Position numbers and translations under genes: made by a program
Assembly (NCBI GenBank): GCA_038065255.1
Contig: JBBTRI010000006.1
Span: 9,240-73,239, forward strand
Length of the DNA: 64,000 bases
Origin: Patescibacteria group bacterium
GTDB lineage: Bacteria; Patescibacteriota; Patescibacteriia; JACQRZ01
Reading direction: 5' to 3'
Notes under the pieces: model-generated
What the model was told of the DNA's origin: nothing
What the model saw: only the letters and a program-made list of their open reading frames with translations
The model's database searches: none
Part shown: one piece after another, positions 9,243 to 17,521 of the stretch
Numbering within the stretch: position 1 is the stretch's first letter
Layout of the letters: every line of letters begins with the position of its first letter

Positions 9243-10001
9243 ATGGAGTGTTTAATAAAAATAAGACTCAATAAAAAAATCCATCTCACGGGCCGCTTGC
9301 GAGGGCCTCTCAAAAAACCCTTGGTCATTTTTGTCCATGGCCTCACGGGAAACATGGATGAACATATTTTTTATAACGGCGCCCGGTATTTTGAAGGGCA
9401 TGGCATTTCTTCATTTCGTTTTAATTTGTATGATTGGACACAAGGAACGCGCAAACTTGATATTTCCACGTTAGCGCTGCATGCATCCGATCTGGATTTT
9501 GTGGTGAAATATTTTCGAAAGAGGGGAGCAAAGAAGATTTTTGTTGTGGGTCATAGCTACGGCGGGCCTACGATCATGAAATCAAAAGATAAAGACTTTC
9601 AAGGAGTTATTTTTTGGGATCCAAGTTTCTTCACACTAAAGTATTTTCTGGAGAGTAAGTGGCTGCCAAGCATAAAGATGTATCTTTGCAGATGGGCATA
9701 TCCAGTTCTGCTTTCCAAAAAATATGTTGAAGAAGCTCGCAGAACAAATACTCTCGCGCTCATTCAGAAGTTAGCAATGCCCATTAAAATTATTACTGCA
9801 GGCAAGGGTGTTTTGGTAAAAACATCTAAAAAATATTTTAAAGCGCTTAACGTTCCAAAAGAATTAGTTATTCTCGATGGCGCAACCCATTGCTTTGATG
9901 AGGATGGATATGAGGAAAAACTTTTTAGCGAAACACTTTCTTGGGTAAGAAGGTGTTGTTCTATGGCGAAGATAAATCTTAATGATTCGTATGACCATTG
10001 A
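9243..10001 (+). CDS. Alpha/beta-fold hydrolase
   Basis: VIFVHGLTGNMDEH, nucleophile elbow VVGHSYGG, C-terminal GATHCFDEDG. Confidence 0.7.
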   Translation: MECLIKIRLNKKIHLTGRLRGPLKKPLVIFVHGLTGNMDEHIFYNGARYFEGHGISSFRFNLYDWTQGTRKLDISTLALHASDLDFVVKYFRKRGAKKIFVVGHSYGGPTIMKSKDKDFQGVIFWDPSFFTLKYFLESKWLPSIKMYLCRWAYPVLLSKKYVEEARRTNTLALIQKLAMPIKIITAGKGVLVKTSKKYFKALNVPKELVILDGATHCFDEDGYEEKLFSETLSWVRRCCSMAKINLNDSYDH

Positions 10002-10578
10002 TACGAGACAATTTCCATCACCTGATAGACGAGAACCCACTATAACCATTACTCAACTTGCTCCGGATGACTGGCAAGTATTGAGAGGTTTGAAATTAAA
10101 ATCTCTTGAGCAGGAACCAATTGCTTTTGAGGATGTTAAACAAGCCAGACTGAAGTATACTGATCGAACAGAAACAGAGTGGCGCGATATACTATCCGGT
10201 AAGATGTCGGGTGGCAGAGCTGGCGAGGTATTCACTGTTTTTGCACAAGATTCATTCACTGAATCATATGTGGGTATGGTTTCCGCTATTATTTCAGAGA
10301 ACTCAAAGACGGCAACTGTTCAGCATATGTATGTTGACAATGAGGGGTATCGGGGTAGGGGAATAGGGAGGCAGCTGTTACGAGAACTGATTGATAGAAT
10401 TACCGCAAAGGGAATTCAAAAGATTGAATTGCAAGTAGTTGTCACTCAAGAAGCTGCTGTCGGTTTATATACAAGTTTAGGATTTAAAGAAGTGAAGCGT
10501 AGTAAGAATGCCGTTCAGCGAGGGGATGCACACTACGATGAATATGAGATGGAGCTCATCATAGAAAAAGTAGAATAG
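9982..10578 (+). CDS. GNAT family N-acetyltransferase
   Basis: Acetyl-CoA binding motif YRGRGIGRQLLRELI. Confidence 0.7.
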   Translation: MIRMTIDTRQFPSPDRREPTITITQLAPDDWQVLRGLKLKSLEQEPIAFEDVKQARLKYTDRTETEWRDILSGKMSGGRAGEVFTVFAQDSFTESYVGMVSAIISENSKTATVQHMYVDNEGYRGRGIGRQLLRELIDRITAKGIQKIELQVVVTQEAAVGLYTSLGFKEVKRSKNAVQRGDAHYDEYEMELIIEKVE

Positions 10579-10587
10579 TATGATAAT

Positions 10588-11085
10588 ATGAGCGCAATTC
10601 GTGAGTTTGGCATGAAGCGAGAAAATGAGGAGCGGCGAGATGGTGGCTGTGCTGTTGTGTTTGATCCTACTACGCAAACGTTTGCTGTTGGCAAAAAAAC
10701 TAAAGGTGGATGCTACCTTCTCTTTGGCGGTGGCGTGGATAAGGAAGAAGATATTCAAGAGGGGACACTCAGAGAAGTAGTCGAAGAAAGCGGGTTGTAT
10801 GATTTTTTGCATGTTGAAAAGATAGATACAGTACTTACCCACTATTATAATTCTTTAAAAAAAGTCAATCGCGTTGCGCTTGCCACTTGCTTTCTCTTTA
10901 TTTTAAAAAGCTCAGACCGGAAAGAGACATGCCTTGAGGATCATGAACGATTTTCACTTACATGGGTAACAGCGGAAGATATTATATCAAATTGGAATGC
11001 GCATAATATCCATGGAGACGTTGATCATTGGCTCTATTTTTTTGATATGTCCCTCAAGCGAATGACGTTATTGGGATATATATGA
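10588..11085 (+). CDS. Nudix hydrolase
   Basis: GGGVDKEEDIQEGTLREVVEESGL Nudix box. Confidence 0.6.
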   Translation: MSAIREFGMKRENEERRDGGCAVVFDPTTQTFAVGKKTKGGCYLLFGGGVDKEEDIQEGTLREVVEESGLYDFLHVEKIDTVLTHYYNSLKKVNRVALATCFLFILKSSDRKETCLEDHERFSLTWVTAEDIISNWNAHNIHGDVDHWLYFFDMSLKRMTLLGYI

Positions 11086-11088
11086 TAT

Positions 11089-11796
11089 ATGCAAGTACGC
11101 ATCAATAAATACTTGGCAGATTGCGGTATTGCATCTCGTCGTGCTATAGATAAACTTATTGTCGAAGGGCGCATTGCCATCAACGGCGTTGTTTTGAAGA
11201 AACCCGGCGCTCAGGTGGAACAAGGGGATCGGGTCACCATGAACGGAAAGAGGATTGATCGTGCGCCATCAAATCATACATATATCCTTTTCAATAAGCC
11301 CGCAAATTGTATCACTACCGCGAGTGATCCACAGGGGAGAAAAACCGTTTTAGATTATGTTCGACTGCCTGCGCGCATGTTTCCAATCGGTAGGCTCGAT
11401 AGGGACACAACAGGAGTACTCATACTCACAAATGATGGAGATCTTGCGAATAAACTCATGCATCCGCGATATTCAGTTGAAAAGCAGTATCAAGTACATT
11501 TGAATAAACCGCTCACTGAAACACATAGAAAAACATTTGAGTCAGGTATTATGCTTGAAGGCAGAAAAACGGCTCCTTGTACAGCACGATTTGCGGGCAA
11601 TAAGAGAAACGTTGTCATTACATTGCATGAAGGAAGAAATAGGCAGATACACAGGATGTTTAAAGAGTTGGGGTATAGAGTGGAGCAACTTGAGCGTACA
11701 CGCTATGCAGGGCTTATGGCGAAGGGTCTGGGGCGGGGTGAGTGGCGAGAACTTACTAAAAAAGAAATTGAACAAATAACAAACAGTATTCTATGA
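11089..11796 (+). CDS. Pseudouridine synthase, RsuA/RluB family (S4 domain + catalytic domain)
   Basis: S4 motif RINKYLADCGIASRRAIDKLIVEGRIAING; catalytic GRLDRDTTGVLILTNDG. Confidence 0.8.
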   Translation: MQVRINKYLADCGIASRRAIDKLIVEGRIAINGVVLKKPGAQVEQGDRVTMNGKRIDRAPSNHTYILFNKPANCITTASDPQGRKTVLDYVRLPARMFPIGRLDRDTTGVLILTNDGDLANKLMHPRYSVEKQYQVHLNKPLTETHRKTFESGIMLEGRKTAPCTARFAGNKRNVVITLHEGRNRQIHRMFKELGYRVEQLERTRYAGLMAKGLGRGEWRELTKKEIEQITNSIL

Positions 11797-12365
11797 AAGA
11801 AATTGAAGTGAAGGCAAAGATTACGACTGTCGAGATTTTTAAAGAAAAGCTTGAGAAATTGGGTTGTCGTTTTGGCGAGGCGCTTATTCAGGAAGACAGT
11901 ATTTTTTTTCCGATTGGGATCGGTTTTCCCGATATCGTGAAAGATACCCCCATTGTCCGCGTGAGGGATTCGAATGGTACCATAATGCTAACCATGAAAA
12001 AGCGTGTTACAGGCGACAACGAGCTCATCAAACTAGAGAAAGAAGTCGTTGTCAGCGACAAGCAAGAGACAATGGAGATCGTTGAGCACATGGGTTTTTA
12101 TATGGCGGCAAGCGTACATAAGAAGCGGATAGAGTGTGCATATGAAGGTATGACCATCTGTATTGATGAGGTGGCTGAATTGGGAAATTTTATAGAAGTC
12201 GAGAAATTATCCGAAGCGGATAATGATACAGAAATTCAAGATGAACTATTCGAGTTTCTTCGATCGTTGGGGGTAAGTGATAATGATAGGGCGACAAAGG
12301 GGTACGATATTTTATTGAATGAAAAAACCGCTTCGAGCGAATCGAAGCGGTTGGGCGTGATGTAG
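11793..12365 (+). CDS. CYTH-domain (triphosphate tunnel metalloenzyme / CyaB-like) protein
   Basis: N-terminal EIEVKAKI motif and alternating charged beta-strand pattern. Confidence 0.55.
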   Translation: MKEIEVKAKITTVEIFKEKLEKLGCRFGEALIQEDSIFFPIGIGFPDIVKDTPIVRVRDSNGTIMLTMKKRVTGDNELIKLEKEVVVSDKQETMEIVEHMGFYMAASVHKKRIECAYEGMTICIDEVAELGNFIEVEKLSEADNDTEIQDELFEFLRSLGVSDNDRATKGYDILLNEKTASSESKRLGVM

Positions 12366-12382
12366 TGTAAGGTACGATTTGG

Positions 12383-12679
12383 TTAGCCGAATAGTTCTCC
12401 GAACTTGATGCGGGCGATGCTTGCAGCACGCTTGTTAAGCATGGCATCGATGCGGTATTTGAGCGGTTCTGGAAGGTGAGATGTATTGATGTGTTCGTCG
12501 AACGTTTTGGTGATAAGGAGTGAATCGTCATAGGACATGCCATGAGTATCGTCTTCGAGAACACCTAGGATGCCATAGAGGCGATTTGCCTGATCAGAGG
12601 ATAGCCCCTTTTTGAAGTTGGCGATAATTTCGCGAATTTCATGGAGTAGTGTTGGTAGAGCATGGATTCCGATCTGCAT
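12383..12679 (-). CDS. Hypothetical protein (98 aa from the SD-supported start)
   Basis: AAAGGAGG 8 nt upstream of ATG (MQIGIHALP...); the track ORF extends to 12754 but that stretch lacks an RBS. Confidence 0.4.
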   Translation of the reverse strand: MQIGIHALPTLLHEIREIIANFKKGLSSDQANRLYGILGVLEDDTHGMSYDDSLLITKTFDEHINTSHLPEPLKYRIDAMLNKRAASIARIKFGELFG

Positions 12680-12889
12680 AGTCGTAGCCTCCTTTGAGGT
12701 ACAAAAAAGCCCGCCCCAGAAGGGCAGGCTTCGATTGATCTTGAAATACATCAAGACCTACCCTCTGAGGCGCGCTCGAAGAGGTGACGAAGAGAAACTC
12801 GACCATGTCTTAATGTGTTTGTTGTGAATCATATACTGAGTATACCCTATATTCCTTCGATAATAATGTCAATAAAAACGCCCATGCTC

Positions 12890-12917
12890 TTGACAAAAAC
12901 GCAAAAACGTGTATACT
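12890..12917 (+). promoter_or_regulatory. Sigma70-like promoter for the DEAD-box helicase gene
   Basis: TTGACA - 16 nt - TATACT. Confidence 0.5.
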
Positions 12918-12993
12918 GTATATATTACTAACAAACATTGGTACTTGATGCCAATAGTGCTCGAATTTTTCGTCAGATATCAGATGTATATAT

Positions 12994-14412
12994 ATGGCCG
13001 AAGAGTTTAGGGCCATATATTTTTTTATGCACACACAGCAACAGTCGGGTGGAGGCTTTCATTCGCTTACCATCGCACCGACACTTTTAGAACGCATCAC
13101 GCATCTTGGATACACAACTCCAACCCCCATTCAGCATAAATCCATTCCGCCCCTTATTGAAGGGAAGGACGTATTGGGCATCGCCCAAACCGGTACCGGC
13201 AAAACACTGGCATTTGCAGTTCCTATGATTCAGCGTATTGCAAAACAGAAATGTCGAGGACTTGTGATTGTCCCTACGCGCGAGCTTGCATTGCAAGTGA
13301 ATGAGACATTTGAAAAAGTCGGCAAAAGCATTGGCTTGAGAACAGCTGTCCTTATCGGCGGAGCTGATATCAAGCGGCAAATAAAAACCTTACAGGCAAA
13401 TCCCCATGTAATCGTTGGAACGCCTGGACGTATCAATGACCACTTGGAACGCAAAAGCGTACACATGGAAAAAGTGAAAATATTGGTACTTGACGAAGCA
13501 GACCTTATGCTTGATATGGGATTTGAACCGCAGATCAAGCGTATTCTTGAAGTTGTCCCGAAAGATCGGCAAACAATGCTTTTTTCTGCTACCATGCCGC
13601 CGGCAATCCATACTATCGCTTCGCGATATATGTCATCTCCCTTGCGTATTGAAGTTGCCAAATCGGGTACGCTTGCCGAGAAAATACAACATGAGCTGCG
13701 CTATGTGTCGCAAACGTTGAAGGTTGAAGAACTTAAGAAAGTACTCCATGGAGCCTCAGGCACCACGATTGTATTTGTGCGCACCAAGCATACTGCAAAG
13801 AAACTGGCATATGCACTTCAGCTTGCGGGTATCAAGGCTGCGGAGATCCATTCAAATCGCTCTCTTGCACAGCGCCGAGCGGCTCTCGATGGATTTAAGT
13901 CAGGGAAATACCATGTGCTTGTGGCAACAGATATTGCGGCACGCGGGATAGATGTGATTGGCGTAAGTATGGTGCTCAACTTTGACTTGCCTGAGAATCC
14001 GGAAGACTATGTGCATCGCATCGGCCGAACCGGGCGAGCGGGCATGGCCGGACATGCGCTTTCTTTTGTTGCACCGGGTCAGCAAGGGCTTGTGAAACAG
14101 ATTGAAAGAGTAACGCGAACGAGCCTTCCGATTGCAGGAAACTCGGTAGCTGAGAAACTTCTTTCGAGAAAGCCTATTCTCAGAAAACCCATATCAAGAA
14201 AACCTTACCCGCAAAAATCGTTTACAGGAACATCGCACCATGGAAAACCTCGTAGCGAGCACGAGGTAACGCTCCATGAAATGGAGCATGCGTTTTCCAA
14301 AAAAAGTAAATCATGGAAAGGGCCGTCGGGTTCTCATGGTTTTGCGCGCGGAAAGAAGAATGGATTTCATAAGCAATCCGGATCCCCCAAGCAGCGCACA
14401 CATCGTTGGTAA
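12994..14412 (+). CDS. DEAD-box ATP-dependent RNA helicase with basic C-terminal tail
   Basis: Q motif GYTTPTPIQ, AQTGTGKT, PTRELA, DEAD, SAT, HRIGRTGRAG; alternative start ATG 13027. Confidence 0.85.
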   Translation: MAEEFRAIYFFMHTQQQSGGGFHSLTIAPTLLERITHLGYTTPTPIQHKSIPPLIEGKDVLGIAQTGTGKTLAFAVPMIQRIAKQKCRGLVIVPTRELALQVNETFEKVGKSIGLRTAVLIGGADIKRQIKTLQANPHVIVGTPGRINDHLERKSVHMEKVKILVLDEADLMLDMGFEPQIKRILEVVPKDRQTMLFSATMPPAIHTIASRYMSSPLRIEVAKSGTLAEKIQHELRYVSQTLKVEELKKVLHGASGTTIVFVRTKHTAKKLAYALQLAGIKAAEIHSNRSLAQRRAALDGFKSGKYHVLVATDIAARGIDVIGVSMVLNFDLPENPEDYVHRIGRTGRAGMAGHALSFVAPGQQGLVKQIERVTRTSLPIAGNSVAEKLLSRKPILRKPISRKPYPQKSFTGTSHHGKPRSEHEVTLHEMEHAFSKKSKSWKGPSGSHGFARGKKNGFHKQSGSPKQRTHRW

Positions 14413-14460
14413 TAAGAAAAAGTTTGGTATACTATTCAAGTAGTATTTCATATAGATATT

Positions 14461-15597
14461 ATGAAACATCACTCACTTTTATGGCTGAGTAATGTGGTTT
14501 CGTTATGCCTTCTTGCCGCACTATTGCATGCGTCCGGTGTTTGGGCTGCTGATAATGTCGATACCCTCCCTCCCGATACTTATTATAAAGCGCGTGTTAT
14601 AGGCGTTATTGCTTCTGAAGATAAAGACCATGTACAGTCGAGCGAAATTGTGCAACAAGTGCGCATCAAGCTGCTCGAGGGCGAGAAAAAGGGTATAGAA
14701 GTTGTTGCTCAAAATAATATACCCTCCAATCGCCAAAGCCAGCAAATGGTTTCTGCAGGAGATACCGTTGTTGTGGTTGAAAGCTACGGCATTGATGGTA
14801 GGGGGTATTATATTATCGATGCCTATCGTATTTCTTCACTTTTCATTCTTTTTTTCTTTTTTGTTGCACTCGTACTTTTCTTTGGGCGCTTGAGAGGACT
14901 TTCTTCACTGGTTGGCCTGGCATTCAGTATTCTTATTCTCATTTTCTATGTTGTGCCGCAGATTGCTGCTGGCAATGATCCCTTTTTGATAAGTATTTCC
15001 GGTTCTCTCGTCATTTTATTTTTTTCACTCTATCTTGCACATGGTTTTACCAAGCGCACATCACTGGCGCTTGTAAGTTCATTCATCACACTTATTGCAT
15101 CTTCCCTTCTTGCCATTGCATTTGTTGCTATCGCACATTTGTTTGGCACCGGAACGGAAGACGCACTCTATTTACAAATTGCAGGAGACCAGGCAATTAA
15201 TGTGAAGGGCCTATTGTTGGGTGGGATTATCATTGGTATGCTGGGTGTTCTTGATGACATCACCATAGGCCAAACAGTTGCGATCGATGAATTACGAAAG
15301 GCAAACGCCACGCTCACGCCGCAAGAGCTCTGTAAGCGAGGGTTTGCTATTGGTAAAGAGCATATTGCATCTCTAGTGAATACACTCGCACTTGCCTATG
15401 CAGGCGCTGCGCTGCCACTCCTGCTTTTGTTTTCTCTCAATGCATCCGGTCAGCCGCTCTGGGTAGTTGTGAATAATGAAATGCTTGCGGAAGAAATAGT
15501 GCGGACATTTATCGGCAGCATTGCCCTTATTCTTGCCGTTCCTATTTCAACCTATTTGGCAGCATATCTTCTGCCGCGCTTCAAGACATATCGGTGA
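14461..15597 (+). CDS. YibE/F-like membrane protein
   Basis: Signal/anchor, about 110-aa extracytoplasmic domain, then about 8 TM helices with the YibE/F-type pattern. Confidence 0.5.
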   Translation: MKHHSLLWLSNVVSLCLLAALLHASGVWAADNVDTLPPDTYYKARVIGVIASEDKDHVQSSEIVQQVRIKLLEGEKKGIEVVAQNNIPSNRQSQQMVSAGDTVVVVESYGIDGRGYYIIDAYRISSLFILFFFFVALVLFFGRLRGLSSLVGLAFSILILIFYVVPQIAAGNDPFLISISGSLVILFFSLYLAHGFTKRTSLALVSSFITLIASSLLAIAFVAIAHLFGTGTEDALYLQIAGDQAINVKGLLLGGIIIGMLGVLDDITIGQTVAIDELRKANATLTPQELCKRGFAIGKEHIASLVNTLALAYAGAALPLLLLFSLNASGQPLWVVVNNEMLAEEIVRTFIGSIALILAVPISTYLAAYLLPRFKTYR

Positions 15598-15606
15598 ACT
15601 TCTTTC

Positions 15607-16188
15607 ATGTGGGCTATGAAACAACAGCGACTCATTCACACATTTCTTTTTTGTGCAGGCATTGTATTATTGCTCGTAGGTGCTGCGCTTGCTGTGCGGG
15701 CGCAAAGAGTGGTTGGGATTTCCCAGCACCTTCACCGTCTTGCTGGTGAATCACATGATTTGCGCGATACAACCCTATCGTACGGATGCATAGCAGAGGA
15801 AAATATGCCCGATGAACGATGTACGCCAGGAGATATTTTTCCTCAGGCTACAGCAGAGCAGATATGTGTGCCCGGGTATAGCAGAAAAGCGCGCAATGTT
15901 TCTGTGTCACAAAAAAATAGAATATATGCATCATACGGCATTCGATCGCATAGGGTGGGAGAATATAATATTGACCATCTTATCAGCCTTCAGCTTGGCG
16001 GATCCAATGAAGATTCAAATCTCTGGCCGGAAGCCGAAAACCCTCGTCCCGGGTACCATGAGAAAATAAAAGTTGAAAATTTTTTGCATGGTGAGCTTTG
16101 TAAAGGAGAAATCACTCTTCGGCAAGCTCAGCGCTTGGTAGGACAGCATTGGAGAGACATACACTACCTTCTTCAAGGGATAGAGTAA
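15607..16188 (+). CDS. Membrane-anchored HNH-type nuclease domain protein
   Basis: N-terminal TM helix; YNIDHLISLQLGGSNEDSNLWPE HNH-like motif. Confidence 0.45.
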   Translation: MWAMKQQRLIHTFLFCAGIVLLLVGAALAVRAQRVVGISQHLHRLAGESHDLRDTTLSYGCIAEENMPDERCTPGDIFPQATAEQICVPGYSRKARNVSVSQKNRIYASYGIRSHRVGEYNIDHLISLQLGGSNEDSNLWPEAENPRPGYHEKIKVENFLHGELCKGEITLRQAQRLVGQHWRDIHYLLQGIE

Positions 16189-16207
16189 GTGTGCTAAAAT
16201 AATCAGT

Positions 16208-17515
16208 ATGAAATTACGATACAAAAAAACAGTGCGGCTTTCAGAACAAGAATATAAGATGGAAGCAAAGAAGCTTATAGCATACCAATCGCATCTGCGG
16301 CGCGTTGTAAGCGCGCATAATTATGCATATCCTGAAAGCTCTCTTGTTGTTCCAAGTGATGCACCGATGCAAAAAGAGATTTTTCAATGTGTGCAGCGTA
16401 CAGTGTCGTCCAGGCTTCGCTATATATTTTTGGTTGGCATTGGAGGGTCGGATTTGGGAGCAAAGGCCGTATACGATGCACTGCGAGGATACCGAGACGT
16501 ACTTGGAAAGGGATCTTCGCCTCAACTATTTTTTATTGATACGCTCAACATTCCGTTGATCTATGATATTCGCAAGCTTATAGCGTCGATCGCAGATCCC
16601 GCAGAATACCTTATTGTTATTATTTCAAAGTCCGGGACAACAACGGAAACAATTGCGGGCACAGAAGTCTTACTCGAAGCACTGCCTCGCCATGTAAAGA
16701 GTGCCGTCGACCGATGTGTTGCGATTACTGATGAAGATTCAAGGCTATGGAAGTATGCACAGAAAAACGGATGGTACGTTCTTGCAATTCCGCCAAGTGT
16801 AGGTGGTCGGTATTCGGTATTTTCTCCGGTAGGCCTCTTTCCACTTGCGGCAGCAGGATTCGATATTCGTGCGCTATGCAAGGGGGCTCTTAGCACGCGT
16901 TCTTGCTGTGTGAGTAGGGCATTGCCACTCAATCCGTCACTCCAATCAGCAATCGGCATTTTTTTACATATGAAGCGAGGATATGTAGTACATGATACGT
17001 TTTTGTTTTCGCCACAGCTCGAATCGCTTGGAAAATGGTATCGTCAATTGTTGGGGGAGAGTATCGGCAAGGAATATGACAGGGAGGGAAAACAAGTGGG
17101 GGTAGGTATTGTCCCAACCGTATCAATAGGATCGACGGATTTACATTCCGTTGGCCAGCTGTATCTTGGAGGACCCAAAAATATTCTCACAACATTTGTC
17201 CGGGTTGCGCATGCATCGCTTATTCGTGTGCCAAGAAAAGGGATGCTGCATGGCATTGTACCCGGTATTGAATCGCGCCCTCTTTCCCAAATCATGGACG
17301 CCATCCTAGATGGCACAAAAGCAGCATATGCAAAAAGATCCCTGCCGTTTTTTGAAGTGACGCTTGATAGCGTATCAGAAACAGAGTTAGGTGTTTTTTT
17401 CCAATGGAAAATGATTGAAGTCATGTATCTTGCACAATTGCTTGGTATCAATGCATTTGATCAACCAAATGTAGAAAGTTATAAAGCAGAAGCGCGAAAG
17501 CGGCTTACCCGATAG
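16208..17515 (+). CDS. pgi: Glucose-6-phosphate isomerase
   Basis: VGIGGSDLGAKAVYDAL and ISKSGTTTET sugar-isomerase motifs. Confidence 0.8.
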   Translation: MKLRYKKTVRLSEQEYKMEAKKLIAYQSHLRRVVSAHNYAYPESSLVVPSDAPMQKEIFQCVQRTVSSRLRYIFLVGIGGSDLGAKAVYDALRGYRDVLGKGSSPQLFFIDTLNIPLIYDIRKLIASIADPAEYLIVIISKSGTTTETIAGTEVLLEALPRHVKSAVDRCVAITDEDSRLWKYAQKNGWYVLAIPPSVGGRYSVFSPVGLFPLAAAGFDIRALCKGALSTRSCCVSRALPLNPSLQSAIGIFLHMKRGYVVHDTFLFSPQLESLGKWYRQLLGESIGKEYDREGKQVGVGIVPTVSIGSTDLHSVGQLYLGGPKNILTTFVRVAHASLIRVPRKGMLHGIVPGIESRPLSQIMDAILDGTKAAYAKRSLPFFEVTLDSVSETELGVFFQWKMIEVMYLAQLLGINAFDQPNVESYKAEARKRLTR

Positions 17516-17521
17516 GAAGAG

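Noticed and set aside
16561-17451. Two minus-strand ORFs (132 and 135 aa) inside pgi
   Set aside because: They are antisense to a conserved glycolytic gene and have no motifs.
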